From NCBI GenBank assembly GCA_004764695.1, contig SMSO01000005.1, positions 868,001 to 932,000 of the forward strand: DNA of 64,000 nt, written 5' to 3'. Shown one piece after another: positions 1 to 15,100 of the stretch (position 1 is its first letter; each line of letters starts with the position of its first letter). The stretch comes from Schizochytrium sp. TIO01 (Eukaryota; Protista; Bigyra: Labyrinthulomycetes). The position numbers and the translations under genes are program-made. Below the pieces are notes generated by a model. The model saw only the letters and a program-made list of their open reading frames with translations, was not told the DNA's origin and did no database searches.

Positions 1-3000
1 GCGAACCTCATCGAGCGAGAGGCCCTCCGCACCTGCTGTTCGCTTGACCTCTGTCTGCAGCGCGACGCTTCTTCATAGGCCCTACCGAATCTAGCAGAGT
101 CTCGGCGATCTTCGAGGAGAGATAGTTAGATATTTTAAGTTGGGAAGCATCTATGGTAGAATGTATACAATATACACTACGCTATTTGATTTGATTCAAT
201 TATTTTAAAAAATAAAAAAAGAAGTAAAATGAAATCAATAACAGGATAAGTTGAGCTACACCATTGAAACAAAAGCAAGCAGCGAGGACTTGGAGTAAGG
301 TGTCAAGAAAGGATGCCTTCTTGCACAATTATGAGGCTTTTGATGACAGGAGGGCCTTCATTTCTAGAAAGGAAACGCCTATCTTCCTCTTCTTCTTCTC
401 CTTCTGCCCTCTCAGAGCCCATCTTCGCTCAATACTCTTTCTCTTCAAGGTAGTGTAGAAACAGGCAAACACAAGAGAGTGAAGGTTTGCCCGAGCAAAG
501 TAAAGATAAGTAAAAGAGCAGGAGAGTATGAAAGAAAGGGCTAGACAGTCAGTCCAAATGAACGCGAGAGTGGCAGTCACAATCTAAAAAAGCCTGGAAT
601 GAGGAGGTTACGAGGTAGTGACTCATCTCCCATATCGCTGTCCCGAAAGCCTTTTCTTCTTTCTCGTATCCTCACATTCTAATTACACTCTCTCGTGTCT
701 TTCAAAGTTCATCTCCTTCATTCATACATAGGCAGAGGTACCTATATTAAAAAAAGAAAGAAAAAAAAGAAAAAAAAGAAAGTCACTCGAGAGAGCATTA
801 CTAAAAAGGTTCATTCACTTTCCTTTTCCCTGGGTTGTCTGTCCATCTATCTATCTATTTATTGGACGTCTTATTCTCTCCTGGCTTCTTCTTTATATCA
901 CGCGCTGATTTCTTTTAAGAGGTGGGTTTCGCAGCAGAGAGGCGGCTCTTAGATCAAAGCACTGAAATTCGACGCCCTCGCTTAGAAAGGGTCGGTCGCA
1001 GCATTGTGTTGAACTAGGTAGGCATGCTCAGACAGGGTTCCTATAGATTAGCGTCCGCAGGCCTCCTCTGTAGATTGTTTCCCGCAGTGGCAATACACTT
1101 GTAATACGTACCTCTCACATGGAACGACTGCGGATACCACACCTCGGACCTCACCGTCGAAGATATTGATATCATGTGGGACGCTGCGGCCTTCATCTTC
1201 CTCCTTTCTTGAATGGAAAACGTTTTAAAATTAAAGAAAACAGATGAAAAGTAAATTATTATTTAAAAAAAGTGGAAGCAGAGTGTTAATTTCTTTCTTT
1301 TTCCCAGTTTCGACCGTGACCTGGTTTTGTTTCCATTTTTAAAGTTTGCGATTTTTACAACTCTCGTTTTAAAAAAATTAAAAAAAAATAAATAATATAA
1401 TATATATATATATAATATAATTAAAAAGATGAATCTTTTTGAAAATGAAGAAAGAGATTTTTAGAATGTAAGAAAAATAAAGAGCAACTTTCCGTGGGAA
1501 GGGCAGATGGGAAACCCACAGTGCATGCGCAACTAAGAAGAAAAAGGGTGAAGAGAAGAAGAAGAAGAAGAAGTGTTGGATAGATTTTCTTCCTTCTTTC
1601 CAAAAATCTACTAGCCATCTAGCCAGGACTCCTATTTTCTTCTCTTTCTCCAATGGCCAAACAAAAATAAAGTTCAAGAACATGAAAACAATACAATACA
1701 ATATAAAACAAAACAAAACAAAACATAACAGAAAATAAGAATAAAAACTAAACATCGCTGATGAACGCAGGGGTGCACATGCGAGCCAGCCTCCAGAGCC
1801 TTATAAGCTAATACTACTTCTGCTACAACTTCTTTGCAAAGTGCTACACAAGCAGTACCACTGATCACGTGGAGCTCGCTCGAGCTAGCAAGACCTTCTT
1901 CATCATTCTTCTCGACGCAGCTTAGAAACCAACTTAACCCTTCGCCTCCTCTTCGCGGCCCAAACTCAGCCAGCTCGCGGATGCAGCAGCGCCGGGCTCC
2001 CGGCGCATGCAAAGATACCGTAGGCGAGGCGCGAAGATTCGCGCTGACCGTCCAAACTTGATGAATGATACAGTGGCCTTTGTTGGACCTGACTCGAGTT
2101 GACTTTGTAGTATTTGTGTGCGAGTACCACTATCTATGAGCACACACCCTCTCAATCCTCTTCTTCTTCTTCTTCTTCTTCTTCTTCTTCTGCATAGAGA
2201 TGCTCAAGGAGGGGGCGAGCGAGTCCGTCATAGACCAGCACATGCCATGCCATGAGCTGTGAACGATCTTGGATCACTGAGGACAACCGCAGAAGACGCT
2301 CACTGGCGCAGACAGGCGGGATGGCATATACAAAGAGACGGAAAGCCAGGATTCTCCGGCGCAGATCTCCGCGGCAGCGCAAGATCGACTTCGTTGTTGG
2401 TTGAAGATGATGGCGTGCTTTTGAGATTTGAGGCAACTCAACGAATACAACACTCTCTCTCTCTCTCTCTCTTAGGAGGAGGCGCCGTTTCGTTGTGCGT
2501 GCGGAGTCGTCGTTCGTCGCCGCTCGCGGACTGTAGTAATTTCTGTCCTCTCAGAAGCGTGTCGATTCGATTTGGATCGAGCGACGATAGCTGCTGTGGT
2601 CGCAGCACTGGATCCTCTGCAGACGAGCTGCAAGAAGGTTGATTCTGGTGCCAATAACTGTTAATGCCACCTTCCGCAGACGAAGGCAGGCAGCACTCGA
2701 GGCGTCGGGTTTCGAAACAAGCTCAGATTCAGGCGGGCATCAAAGCAAAGTTGCGCACCTCTCCAAGCCAGGCTCAATGGTAAGTTATGGTGAGCAACAC
2801 AGTACTCTTTGGTTAAATTGGAACTGGTGGAACCTTGGCTCTTGCACACTACAGAGGTGCTTTCTAAAGCCTTCCGCCAACCAACTCGCAGATAACCAAC
2901 TTGCAAGTTGCTTGTAAGCGACTACTCGCGTGCTAATTTCCATGATTTGGAATCGTTCATTCATTCATTCATTCATTCATTCATTCATTCAGTCAGTCAG

Positions 3001-5297
3001 TCAGTCAGTCAGAATGTCAAACAGCGATGGTAGAACGTGCCGAGAGCGTTTACGTGTTCTACCATCCATGGGAAAGGAATTGGAATTGTGCTGCTTTCCT
3101 GTTACACCCCCCTCTTGGTCAAATGATGACCATCTTTGTGCTCAAGTTTTCCTTTTTCCAAGGCCTTCTTCGGGTACCTGGTACTTTGTCGAATTTTAAG
3201 CAGCATCGAAGCGACCTCTCTCTCCTTCCTTTTCTTGAGAACTGCATTCGATCTATCAAGGATCGAAAGCGCAGCACTGCCATGGAAGCAAATCAAGTGC
3301 CTATCTAGTCCATTCTTTATTCTTTGTCCTCTTCTTCTTGATCGCTTGGCCCAAACTCGCTCAAGTTCAAACGAAAACTCCAGTGGCGGCTTTGAAAGCA
3401 TCAATCTTGCATGCATCCGTTTATCACGATGGGCTGTAGGATCAAGTTTATGAAAATCCAAAGGGAGAGTACTATCCACATTCTTATTTCGATCTGAACA
3501 AGGGGGTTGGTTGGCTTCTTGGTTAGTTAGTTAGTTTAGCTAGCTAGCTAGGCGATCATTTAGTCTGTTTTCTCCTCCAGGCTTGCTTGGAGACACATTG
3601 ATTGGCCTTTCGTTGCGCAGATAGGCCTCAAGATGGCTAGACTGAGGCAGGAAGCAAGTCTTCGAGAGCAATCTCTTTGCTTGGGCGAAAGGGCACTTCA
3701 TTTACAAAAGCCGTAGCGGGCATGTTTGTTTATTCATAGGTACCAACAACATCTCATGTCGTCGATCGATCACTCACTTTGATCTGCTCGCATCAACAGA
3801 CCCATTTCGAGCAGCACGCCTCCCTCCGAATGCGTGGCCGACGAGAAGACCAACGCGAGGGAAGCAGCCGAGCAAGCAAGCATGCAAGCAAGCAAGCAAG
3901 GCACACGCAGTAGGTAAGTACCTGCGAGGCGCTCCTGTCTTGGTTGATTGATCAATCGAATGGTTTCTTGGTGTCTTGCTCGATGTGCCAAACAAAAGAA
4001 ACAAGGGAGAAAGAAGAAAGAGGTACTATCCAGAGGAATGAATAGTCATTATCAGTGTGGGGGCTTCTCCAATATCTTCATTTCTGACATTCATGTTATT
4101 CTATATATGTATACTTTAAAAATAAGTTTTGTTTTAAAATAAAATAATAAAATATGGTATATTCCTAGCATTTTAAAATAAGAAGAGCATTATAGAAATA
4201 AACAGAGATCAAGAAGCGCGAGAGTGATGATGAGCCACCGCTGTGTCTGCTCCTCTATCTATCGTCACCATCTGCTCACACAGCACAGGCTGGCCAGCCC
4301 GATGGTTTTAGCCCAATTGCATGCTAGACTTAGAGATTCCACAAAAAGTAAGATAAGCGCAACCGATTCATTGATTCATCCATTTATTCGTTGATTCATG
4401 CATTCGCAGGGAGGTTTGTGAAAGGGATTTGTTCACTTAGGCATCAAAAGACCATTTCTGGCGAGTTGTTTCTCCATTCGCAGGGATGCGTGGGTATACG
4501 AGGTCTCGAGAGCTGATAGGGCTGCCCAGAGCTTCCTCGCTGCCGCAACCTGCGCGAGGGAGCTCCACCTTCGAGGAGACCCAAGGTAAGGACCGCCGCA
4601 AGAGTGGTGAGTACTAAGGTAGAGAGAGCTCTTGCATGCATTCACAGGCACAGACAGGAAGGCAGGCAGGCAGGCTTGGGTGCTTGCTTGCTATTGGCAG
4701 TTGTTGAAGGCAGACAGACAGGCGGATAGACAGGCTGTTGCTGCGTTGAGTCGAGGTTGAGCAACGGAAACGAAGAAGGGCGGGAAAACAAGCCCACGTA
4801 AAGGAGCAACGGCGCAGTCAACAAAGATATTCACGCAGAAAAGAGGGAGCTTTAAAAAAAAGTCGAGTTCTTTTGATTTGTTCATGCGTTGTTGGTTCCA
4901 ATCTAAATATATTTTCACCAAATAAAATTGCCATTATTTTAATTACAAAAGATAAATCTTGAATTAAACAAAACTTTTGTTCTAATAATAAAATAAACTA
5001 AAATGATATATTATACATTACAATGTCTTACTCTAAAGTACATAGTTTATAAAAGTTAGGTGGAACGAGAAGGGGTCTCCCGGAAATGTATGGGAATACA
5101 CCAGGTAGATTGTAGTATTAGCATATATAAGCTTGAGGATCAGAAAGCCACTTGCCACTTTTACTTCAAAAAATTAGTTTTCACCTCTGGACCCATGATT
5201 TCAATGCGGAGTCAAAAAAATAAATGTATCAACGCGACTTATTTCTCCAACTCCTACTCAGACAGAGAGCGCTACTGACTCCTACAGCAAGTAACAG

Positions 5298-5329
<32 letters not shown>

Positions 5330-7939
5330 CATTTATTTATTTGATCTCCCCTTCTAATAAGCGCAACTAACCATCGCTTGCTTACCTCTATCAAAAGACG
5401 AGCTCGCCTGAAAAGCTTGCTTGCTTGCTTGCTTGCAATGCTTGCTGCAGCGTTTTCATCGTCTTGTCCAGATCGTCCGCAAAGCTGGAGCTGGCGCTCG
5501 TACGCTCGCCCACCTGCAGGTCCCTCCCTCCCTCCCTCCCTCTTCTCTCGCCTTCGTTCTGTCTGCCCTCAAGACTGACACTCCCTTGTCACGCCCAAAC
5601 AGGTCAGGTTCGCTTCCCCGCCAGCCCCTCAACTGATTGTCACGTCAATCGATAGGATTTCTTCGATGAATCAATCAATCAATCGATCGTTGGTGTTGGA
5701 TCCCTGATTGATTTGATGGACTGCTTGATTGTTGTGATTGATTTGTTGGTTGGTTTGTTCATTTAGTTGGACTTGGACTTGTCGCGTCTCCTCCGCAGCG
5801 CTCAACGAGTCTCTCCGGGCCGCCTTTGGACAGTCGAGATAGTCGAGCGCCGGTTGGCTTGTTGTGATTCTTATTTGGATGGTCTCTTGTAATGCCTGCG
5901 AATCGCTGTGCGCAGCAATAAGTTTCTTCTCGCTTCTCCGCAGACGCTCTTCTTCAGCCTGCTTCGTTTACTCAATACCGCCCTGATGGCGGTTATAAAG
6001 AATCTGTAGTGAGTTAGTACGTGGTCTCTGCATTGCATTGATTGCATTTCCTGAGGTGCTTTCTGCCTGTAATACGTGCCTGCAGACGGTACGATGATCT
6101 TGCTTTAGTTTATTTCTTCGAAACGAAAATAAGTTGAAAGCTTTCCGAGTCATTTCGTTCCTTTTGTTTCTTGTAAACAAATGGCACAGAAAGGAAGAAG
6201 CAGTCAAAGCTCAGTGAGAGTGAGTGGTATCCGTATTTATTTAGTATTTCGTTTCCATTCTTCTGCTAAAAAAAGGCGAGGAATGAATAAACGAAGAAAG
6301 AAAGAAAGAAAGAAAGAAAGACCCACGAAGTAGTAGTGAAAAACTAGCTCGTGGAGGTCGAATGAAACATGGAGGAGGCACCGTTTGCGAGCGTGGGCGT
6401 GGAGCGTGGCTGGACTGCCTGTCTGGCTGGATGCCTGCCTGGCCTCAGCAGGCTCCAGGAAGGCCTCTTACCCCCCGCGTCCAGGCTGCCCGGCGAATTG
6501 CGAGGAGATGCGCGACGCCCGTGGGTAAGAACAAAGCGGAGGCCAGAGAGGGGCAAAAGGGCCTTCTTCTTGAGAGGCATTTGGTTTGCTAACCACATTT
6601 GTAGTGGCACCTAGGCCTTTATTATCATTATTTATTTCTTTATAAAAATAAAAAATATCTCGAAAGATTGTTTTTTTTTTTTTTTTTTTTTTAAACCTTT
6701 AAATAAAAGTATAATTAATAATTTTAGAATAAATAAAATAATGATAAAGTTTTTCTTTCTTTTCTCAAAACAAGCGATGCCGTCACTCATAGTTTGCAAA
6801 GAAGATCTTTGCGCTCAACTTTGAGGCAGCTGGCGATCCTTGGAGCGGCGGGGCACACGGCGTCCCAAGCATGATCGTTCGAGCGTCAACCGTTCAATAG
6901 CGGTTTTGACTTCAACAACTCCCTTCAAGTTCTTCATTTATATAAAAATATATTTTTAAAAACATATAACATTTAACCTGAAAATGCAAATACATCAATA
7001 CTTTCACCACTGCTGCTGCTAATAAAAACTACTACTGCGACATCGGTGCTTTTTTCAGAGTGAGTAGGACCACCGCCCACCGCGCATAATTTGTTAGAGT
7101 GGAGGCGGATCCTTCGAAAGAGAGAAATTCTGCAGCTGTGCCAGGGACAATTTATCCCTCGGCATTGGAGGGTTGCGAAGTAGATAACGGACAAGAGGAT
7201 GCCTCATTCGCAGGTTGAGCCCCCCGGCTTATTTTGGAATTCTGCAACTCTGTGGCAGATGGATTATATATATATCTATATCCATGTATTTCCAGAGAAA
7301 CAATGAAAATCAGCGTGAAGCAAAAGCATTCCAAAGGATAGGAGTGCCTACTCGGTACCTTAGCAGCATCGAGTGAGATATCTCGCAAGAATTTTGTTTG
7401 ATTGAATTACTTATTTGCTTATACCCCCATACCCAGGACAGAGACTCTTGGCGGACAACTCATAAGGCGCTGGAAGGAAATCGGCCGGAATCGATGCGCG
7501 ATGGACAAAGAATGAGTTCCTAAACACCGTTCGCGCCCCATCGCGTCTGGGAAGAGTACGTTTTCGTCGTCCTTTGCGCTTTCGGCATGGTTGTTCTTGA
7601 TGATGGATGATTCCCTCAATCTCGAATTGCAGCCAGTAAAAGAAATGAATAAAGCAGCAGCATTGGCTTGCTTGAGTAACTTAATTTCTACTATTAAAAA
7701 TAAAATAACACAAAGCACTGAGTTGTGAGCGGGGCATCGAATCGCAAGTTGATTTGAGCAGCCCGCGCGTGCTGCTCGAGAAACCTGAGAAGGACAGGGT
7801 TCACAGGCTGGATGCTTGATTCGTTTTCAAGCACCAGAATCCGTTCACGTGCACGCTGCGAATTACTTCGTCCATTTGCCTCGAATGGCTTTTCTCTTAG
7901 TAGGAATGCGCCTCATTTTGTCACCTTCGAAGGCAAATT

Positions 7940-8084
7940 ATGAATGAATAAGTGAATAAGTGAATGAATGAATGAATGAATGAATGAATGAATGAATGAA
8001 TGAATGAATGAATGAATGAATGAATGAATGAATGAATGAATGAATGAATGAATGAATGAATAAGTGAATAAGTGAATAAATGAA
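7940..8084 (+). repeat. (TGAA)n microsatellite with TAAG variant units at both edges
   Basis: Directly visible. Confidence 0.96.
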
Positions 8085-9132
8085 ACGATGTCTGATTTCC
8101 CACGCAGAGGCGGCAGCAGTTTAGCGCGAGCGATGGATCCCCAGAAGTCCTTTCGGGCAATCCGGCCGGTGAGTGGCGAGTCGTCCTTGATCGTGCTGTT
8201 GTGAATTCAATCTGCAAACGCGTGCGTGAGTACGTGAGTGTGCGTGCGTGCGTGCCTGCCTGCCGTTGTCCCTCTCGATTCTCGTGAACCTCGATGCATT
8301 CATTTCCTCGAGCGAGACGTTTCTGAGTTGAAACAAAACAACTGAAGTAAAAGAAATTGCGATAGCTCGCTCGCTAGCCAGCTAGCTAGCCAGCCAGCTA
8401 GCAAAACGTTTTTTAAATTAAACTTATTTTACGAAAAATGCCGACTAGGGAATGGTGAACAGATCGCACGAACCGCCGTTGTGCCTGCCTGCCTAAGCTT
8501 ACCTAAACAGACGTTACACACACTCCGCAAGAAATAAATGCCGGCACCGTGCCCTGGACTCGCTCATTTCCCAGCCCAGCCAGGCCAAGCAAGCTGAGCC
8601 AAGCCAGTGCAACGGCTCAGGCAGCAGAAAGAAGAAGCCCATCGTCAGTCAGTTCAATGCACCGGCGGACCTCGAGCTCGCGCAGGTCTCTCTCTTTTCA
8701 TGATCTGATTTGTAGAGGCCACGGTTGAGGTGTTGGGGCGCTTCTATCGGCATAATTTCTCCTCCGCCCCCTGTAATCTTGCCGCCTTCTATGGCCTGGC
8801 TAGTCTAAACGTTAGGGCTACGTCGAGGCAGTCAATCCAGTTTTTCTTTTACAGCATCTTCTGTAATCCAGTAAAGCGAGGCACTTACTCACTTACTTGG
8901 AAAGGGAATGTCTCAATGTAACAAGAAGAAGAAGAAGAAGAAGAACAACAACAGAGAGGGGGAAAAGGGAGGAGAATGGGGCAAACAGTTGGAAAGCAAG
9001 CCGGCAAAAACAGCGAAGGCAGGAGCGAATGTCCTGACTGGTAGACTATCCTCTCGCTATTCAGCAAGTCACGTCCCTTCGCTCCCCCCCCCCATCCCTC
9101 GTTCCTCTACCGCCGTCTCACAGAGGAGAATA

Positions 9133-9133
<1 letters not shown>

Positions 9134-9193
<60 letters not shown>
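9134..9193 (+). repeat. (AAG)n microsatellite, ~20 units
   Basis: Directly visible. Confidence 0.96.
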
Positions 9194-9194
<1 letters not shown>

Positions 9195-12100
9195 TGGGGT
9201 AGAAATTGGTTTTACAATTTCTGCAGGAATTTCCTAACTCTTTTTATTAGTTTTTAATTTAATTTAATTTAATTTAAAATTTAAAATTATATATGAAATC
9301 AAGCTAACGAAACAAGCAAAAAGCGATCCGCCAGTGAATGAATGAATGAATGATGAATGAATGAAGGAATGCATGAGTAGACAAGCAACAAACAAACAAA
9401 GAAAGCAACAAATCAGTCTCCAGTCAGCCAGTCAGTCAGCCAGTCAATCGGTCAACCATTCAGTCAGTCAGTCAGTCAGTCAGTCATGTGTCCTGTTCAC
9501 CTTATTAGAGAGGCCTGCTCTGTGTCTGGTGAGTGCGAACGGATGTCCACAACTGGACTGTTGGATGAGGGCAAATGAGGGCAAAGCAGTACTACTCTAG
9601 AGTAAAGCCAAAGTGAGTGTATGTTGGACGAACGATTGAGACGAGAACGGATGCCTTTCTCCTTTTGTTATTATTATTATTATTATTAAAATTAAATTAA
9701 ATTAAATTAAAATTAATACAACTTATGAATAAAAAATAAGAACTACTAAAAAGTGGGCAGAGGCTTAAAGTCTTTCCTTCTTACTGTCCGAACTCACTGG
9801 AAGCTGCGGCTGTTGCCGATGTTTTGCTCTGAAGTCGGCGTTATTCCCAGCAGCAGCAGCAAGGTTTAGCTCGTGAGGAGCGGAGGCAGTTGCTCTACGA
9901 GCACAGCAATTGGCGCGAGGCCTCGGCTGTCCCGCTGTTCAACGTCACCGGGTGAGCGAAAGCAGCGCCTGCTCAAGAAAGTGCTGCTCTTTGAAGGCCT
10001 TGAAGCGAGAAGAGGAAGCACCTGGTTTGCTTTCTTTTCTGCCGCCTCTGTTTGTGTTGTTTATTTCTCTGTTTCTTTAAAATCCGCGAGGATGCGTAAA
10101 GGAAAGAATAATTTGTTTGTTTGATTTGTTTGTTCAAGTTTGTTTGTTTTGTTTGATGCATAGTCCGCACTGCCTGGTTACGTAGAAGATGCTGGATTCG
10201 TGCAAAAGGTGGAGATCATCAGATATTGCATCGGGTGCAACATCCGAATTCTGGTGCCAGGTTTCTCCAAAAGCTTGGGCCCTCAGCAAACCGCTCGACA
10301 GAATAAAATGCATGCGTGGAGACAGCTTTTGACAGCACCTCGAAAACCAGGACTCGTGGGAAAACAGCGGTAACGAGCGATTTTCTTGGTTGGCGTGAAA
10401 GTTTCTTTCTAATTCCTTCTCAATTCTTAACTTACGCCCTCTTCTTCTCGTGAGCGTGTCAAAACACAGATACAGAGTGACAGGCAGGCAGACGCTAGAT
10501 GCGTAGGAGTCTTTAGGACCGACCTAGGTTTTAGATCCCTCCAAAGCTATAACTGCACTAGCAACTGAGTCTTCTTTCCAGTTCCCGACGCATTATGTTC
10601 TACATTGTGCGAAATAAAGCGAGAGTCAGCAGAATCCACCACTCGTCCTCCTCTTCTGCTGTGCGTGCATGAAAGAAAAGAAAGATTGCTGAGAACTAGC
10701 TAGCTGCCTCAGCCGTGGATCGGTTGATGAGCTATCTATCTATCTCTATCGGAGTTGCTCACTCATTCACTAATAACTTTCTTTCTTACTTACTTACTTG
10801 CTTGGTTGGTTGGTTGGTTGATTGGTTGGTTAGTTACTTACTTACTTACTTGAAGCGCCGAGAGCGGAATCTTCCCTTGGTTTATGAGTAGGGAAGCTTC
10901 CTTGGCTGGAAAGAAGAAACGATTCAACCCACGATCCTTTCGCTGATTGTTTCCCCATTCTCCGTCTCCTCATTTCTACGATCGCTTTGGTCTTGTTCAT
11001 TTTTCAACTAAAACTAAATAAGTTAATTAATTAAATTAAGTAATATGCAAGAATAGCTAATCCTGAACTTTTTTTTTTTTTTTTTTTTTTAAATAAAAAT
11101 AAATAATGAAAAAGAGCATGATCAACGTGTACAAATGTATAGATTAATTTAAAAAGAAAAAATAAGAAAAGGAGAAATAAGTAAAAGATGTTTGATTTGT
11201 CTTCGTTTTATAGACTTGTAAACGCGAGATAAGTTTTGGAGTGTGATGAAAACTGCGTTCCTTTGGGTATTCGGCCTTTGCTATTGTTGCTGCTGCTGCC
11301 GCCGCGTTTCCAAAGAGAGAAAGCTCGTGAGAGGGAGGGAGGTCGCGCCTTGAGTGCGTTGAAAATCTCGACCGCCAACGCTTCACGGTGGCGCCATCTG
11401 GACGAGAATATGAAACTGAGATTCTTCTGCGCCGCCTTCGAGGCCTCCCGCTCCACCGCCAGCAGCATCGGAAGGGCCCAGGCCCTGCCTGCCCTTGCTC
11501 TGCCTCCTCGCCCTTCTTCGTCATCTTCGTCTTCGTCTTCGTCTTCATCGTCCTCTTCTTCAGCTGCGCTACGAAGGGATAGACCGCGAGTGCGAACGAA
11601 GTCAATTCAAGATCTCCAACGAGAGAGCGCGAGGGACCTCTCTAATCAATTCAATCGATGTCTTGGAAACGTGAAAACAGCCAAACCGTCGAAACTTTGG
11701 CGGACTCTAAAAGAAAGGGCGCCCCTTTAGTCGCGGTGATGAGAGGGAAAGATAAGAGAATGGGAAAATAATACGCACTTGCTCGGAGTTACAGCCACGA
11801 TATGTTTTGAGTGTTCCAGGAGCTTGCTAGCGCTAGCTAGGCAGTACTTCCTTTCGCAGACCCGGTGAAACAGGTGCGTGCATGGGTTTCTCTTGTTTGA
11901 TTATTAGTTTAAAAGAAAAGAAAGGAGTCGAAGAGCGAGAATATCAAAATGTAAAGTGATTGAACCATCTTGCGTTATAAATGATGTTTTACTTTGATTT
12001 AGTAGTAGCAGGCAATATTTATTTAAAAAAAAAAAAAAAAAAGCTTATTCGAGTTTAAGAAACACAAAGTAAAGCGAAAGATGGGAGAAACACACAACTA

Positions 12101-15100
12101 TACAACAGGTGCGCATTCAGACACAAGGGCCTGCGCGCTCAAGGCTTCGGCTTCTTCGGCGGCAGGCTCCGTGTGAAGCAAAGCGGAGTGGTGTGCATGC
12201 TGGAGAGCATGAGGCGGAGGCGGCCACGTGCGCAGGAGCTTGATCCTTGATCCGCAAAGCGTCGCGTCTCCAAGGAAAGAGTCACGCGAACGACAGCTTG
12301 GCCAGAAAAGCTGCATAGTTTTTGTGAAAAGAAAGAAAGAAAGAAAGAGGGAGAAACTCGTGAGAAAGAAGTACCTTACTCTTCTAACGGTGACTGTAGG
12401 AAGCCAAGAAAACCATCAAAGCTTGCTTTTCGACATCCTTCAACCTTTTCCAGGAGCTTATACAACGAAGCAAAGCAAAGCAAAAGCACCAGCGAGGAAA
12501 GCAAAAGCAAAAGCAGAAAAGGCAAGTCAGCCAGCCAAGTCAGTCAGTTCAGTCATTGTTTGTTTGGATAACCAAGAAACACGCAAACTTGCAGCAGCGA
12601 AGAAGAACTTGGAACACCCCTCATCCGCCGCATCATGGTTTCACGATCAAGAATAACCCTGCCTGTGCTGCGAAGAAACCTGCAAATTTGTGTATAAAGA
12701 CCAGTGAGGTCACCCAATTACAAAGAAGCATAAACGACAATAGCAGCAGCAGCACCAGCAGTGTGCCTTGAAATCAATCAAACGCAATTTAGAAAGAAAG
12801 GAATCCAAACAAACAAACAAACAAACCAAACAAACACCTGAGAAAGGACTCAAGGCAGGCAGGTGCTGGTCAGTACTTCGTACTCATTAGAGAGGGCGAA
12901 CGAACGAATGAAAAGCTCAGTCAGCTGATTCCAAATAAATAAACCCGCCCTCTGCCAGGTCATAAGTCGGGAGAGAGAGCGTGCGCTTGGACTTGGGCCC
13001 GGTCCACGCATGAGTGAGTGAGTCAGTCGGTCAGTGGGCGAAGGCCAGTGCTCTGTTTGCTCACTCACTCACTCACTCATTCGAGAACGCGAAGGCAGGC
13101 TGCCTCGCCACGGACTTCGTTGGCGCTGTCACGCACTCTGGACCGCGGCCGGCGAAAAGGCGCTCTCTGCTCTCACTACCGATTCTGGGATGTTTATTTT
13201 GCCGTCGGGCAGGTCGCTGTCTCTGGCGCGTCGTCAGTGGGCCACTGGAAAAGCTTTGCTCCTCCTCACAAAACCCTGTGTTCTTGCCGCCGGTTGGCGC
13301 CCGGGAAAAGCTTTCCCGCTGTCCATCTCGGTGGAATTAGCTTTTCCTGAGAGGGGCGCGACAGAGGCAACGCTCTCTCAGTCTGCTCTCTCTCAGAGAC
13401 CCTGTGCGGGAAAATTAACCGGTCAGTGTATGAAGTAGCAGAAAGGCTGACGCATGCGCTGTGTCTCCTCTCGCTCTATTCTTTGCATGCTCTGTTTGTT
13501 TGTTTGTTTCAATGTATTTACGTTTCCATGTTTGATTCTCTCTTTGCTCTCTCTTATCACGACGATGGGAATGAATGAAAGTGAAAGCGTGAGCCTGGAG
13601 ATTCTCGCGGGAGGCGGTGCTCTCCACTCTATCCGTGAGCCTCCTGAGGATGAGGAAGCTGCGAGTGCGTCTCCCGGAAATGCCACGAGAGGGCGGCTCG
13701 AATGGTTGGCTGTCTGGCTGTTGGTCAGGCTAATTGTTGGCTGCCTGCTACAGGGTAGGTAGCGCTTTCATGTTGGAATTCTTTGAGAAGTATCTATCTT
13801 TATACAGCAGCCTGCGGACTCTAACAATTTCTACCTACCTACAACTTTTCAGAGACAGACTTTCTTCGCAGACTGTTGGTGAGGCAAGTAACAAATAACA
13901 CTCACGTACTTACTGTTTATAGAAGAGGACGAAGTACCTCAATTAGAGCGTTCTGCGAGTGTTTTTATTATAATCGATCGACGAGAGAGAGAAAGAAAGA
14001 AAGACTCACAAATAGTCTTACTCCTTGGTAGGTTCGCTGGGAAGAAAACAGTTTTTCCTTTTTGACTATTTCTTTATTTTTGAAAAGGAAGAAAAGAAAA
14101 GAAAAGCAAGAGAAAGCACATACGAGAGTTGGAAAGGAGGGAAATGGGAATAGCAGTTCTACCAGTTTCAACTTCCGTGGCCGCCTCTCGGGCACCAGGC
14201 TCTCCCAAGCCAAGTGTCGAAGTCGGCTAAATTCGTAGAATTCAATGCGGGTGGAAATTTCAAGGGAAAGTATCGTGCTTTCGCAAAAAGTTCATTTGCG
14301 GCTATGTATGCTGCGCTTTGCCATGCTATGCTATATGATAGGCTAGGCTAAAAAATAATGTTTTATTATTATTTATTTCTAAGTTAATAAATAAAAAAAT
14401 TAGATTGAGAGGTTTTTCCCATCCTGATTATTAATATAAAATAAAATAAAAAATAAAGGTAATTTGAGAATTTTAAAACAAAACTGATAAATTATTTGAC
14501 ATACGTACTTTAGTACGTAGAGTGCATCCATAACTTTAAAAGCGGAGTCTGCCTGTGAGGGGACCTAATTTCAAGTCGATTTGGGAAAAGCGGAGTGTAT
14601 AACTCATCTTATATAACACATAAATTTTGGGCTAAGGTAGCTCTGGCATTTTCAGATCTCAGAGGTCGATTTCTCTCCCAACTTGTTCTGAGTTGAATGA
14701 AAGGAGTCAACTTAAAATCGACGTCACGTTCCGCTCATTTCAAGCTGACTGGAGAAACAAAACAAACGGTGGAACAGGTTCCAAGGTGCTCGAGACTTTT
14801 TTGTAGCATGAACGCATGCAGGCATGCAGGCGTAAACAGCCTTCAATGAAGCGTGGAGATGAACAGCACCGCAGGCAAGCAGGAACGTCCACCGTCTAAA
14901 TGCTAACATAGCTTACGCGTGGCGACGGAGGGGATGGCGTTGATCGCGGCGTGGATAAATGAATAGACTATTTCGAGCAAAGCCGTCAAGCGGGATAAAC
15001 CAACTGATTCATATAAGTAAATATACGCGCTTCTTTCTTCTGACCCATAGCAACTTCCATCCACCTGGCTACATATGGGACCTTAGCGTTTCATCAATCG

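Noticed and set aside
11144-11730. Overlapping 153-164 aa ORFs (similarly 58047-58628 and 4444-4641)
   Set aside because: Low-complexity or GC-rich open frames, mostly with non-ATG starts and no recognisable domain or codon bias.
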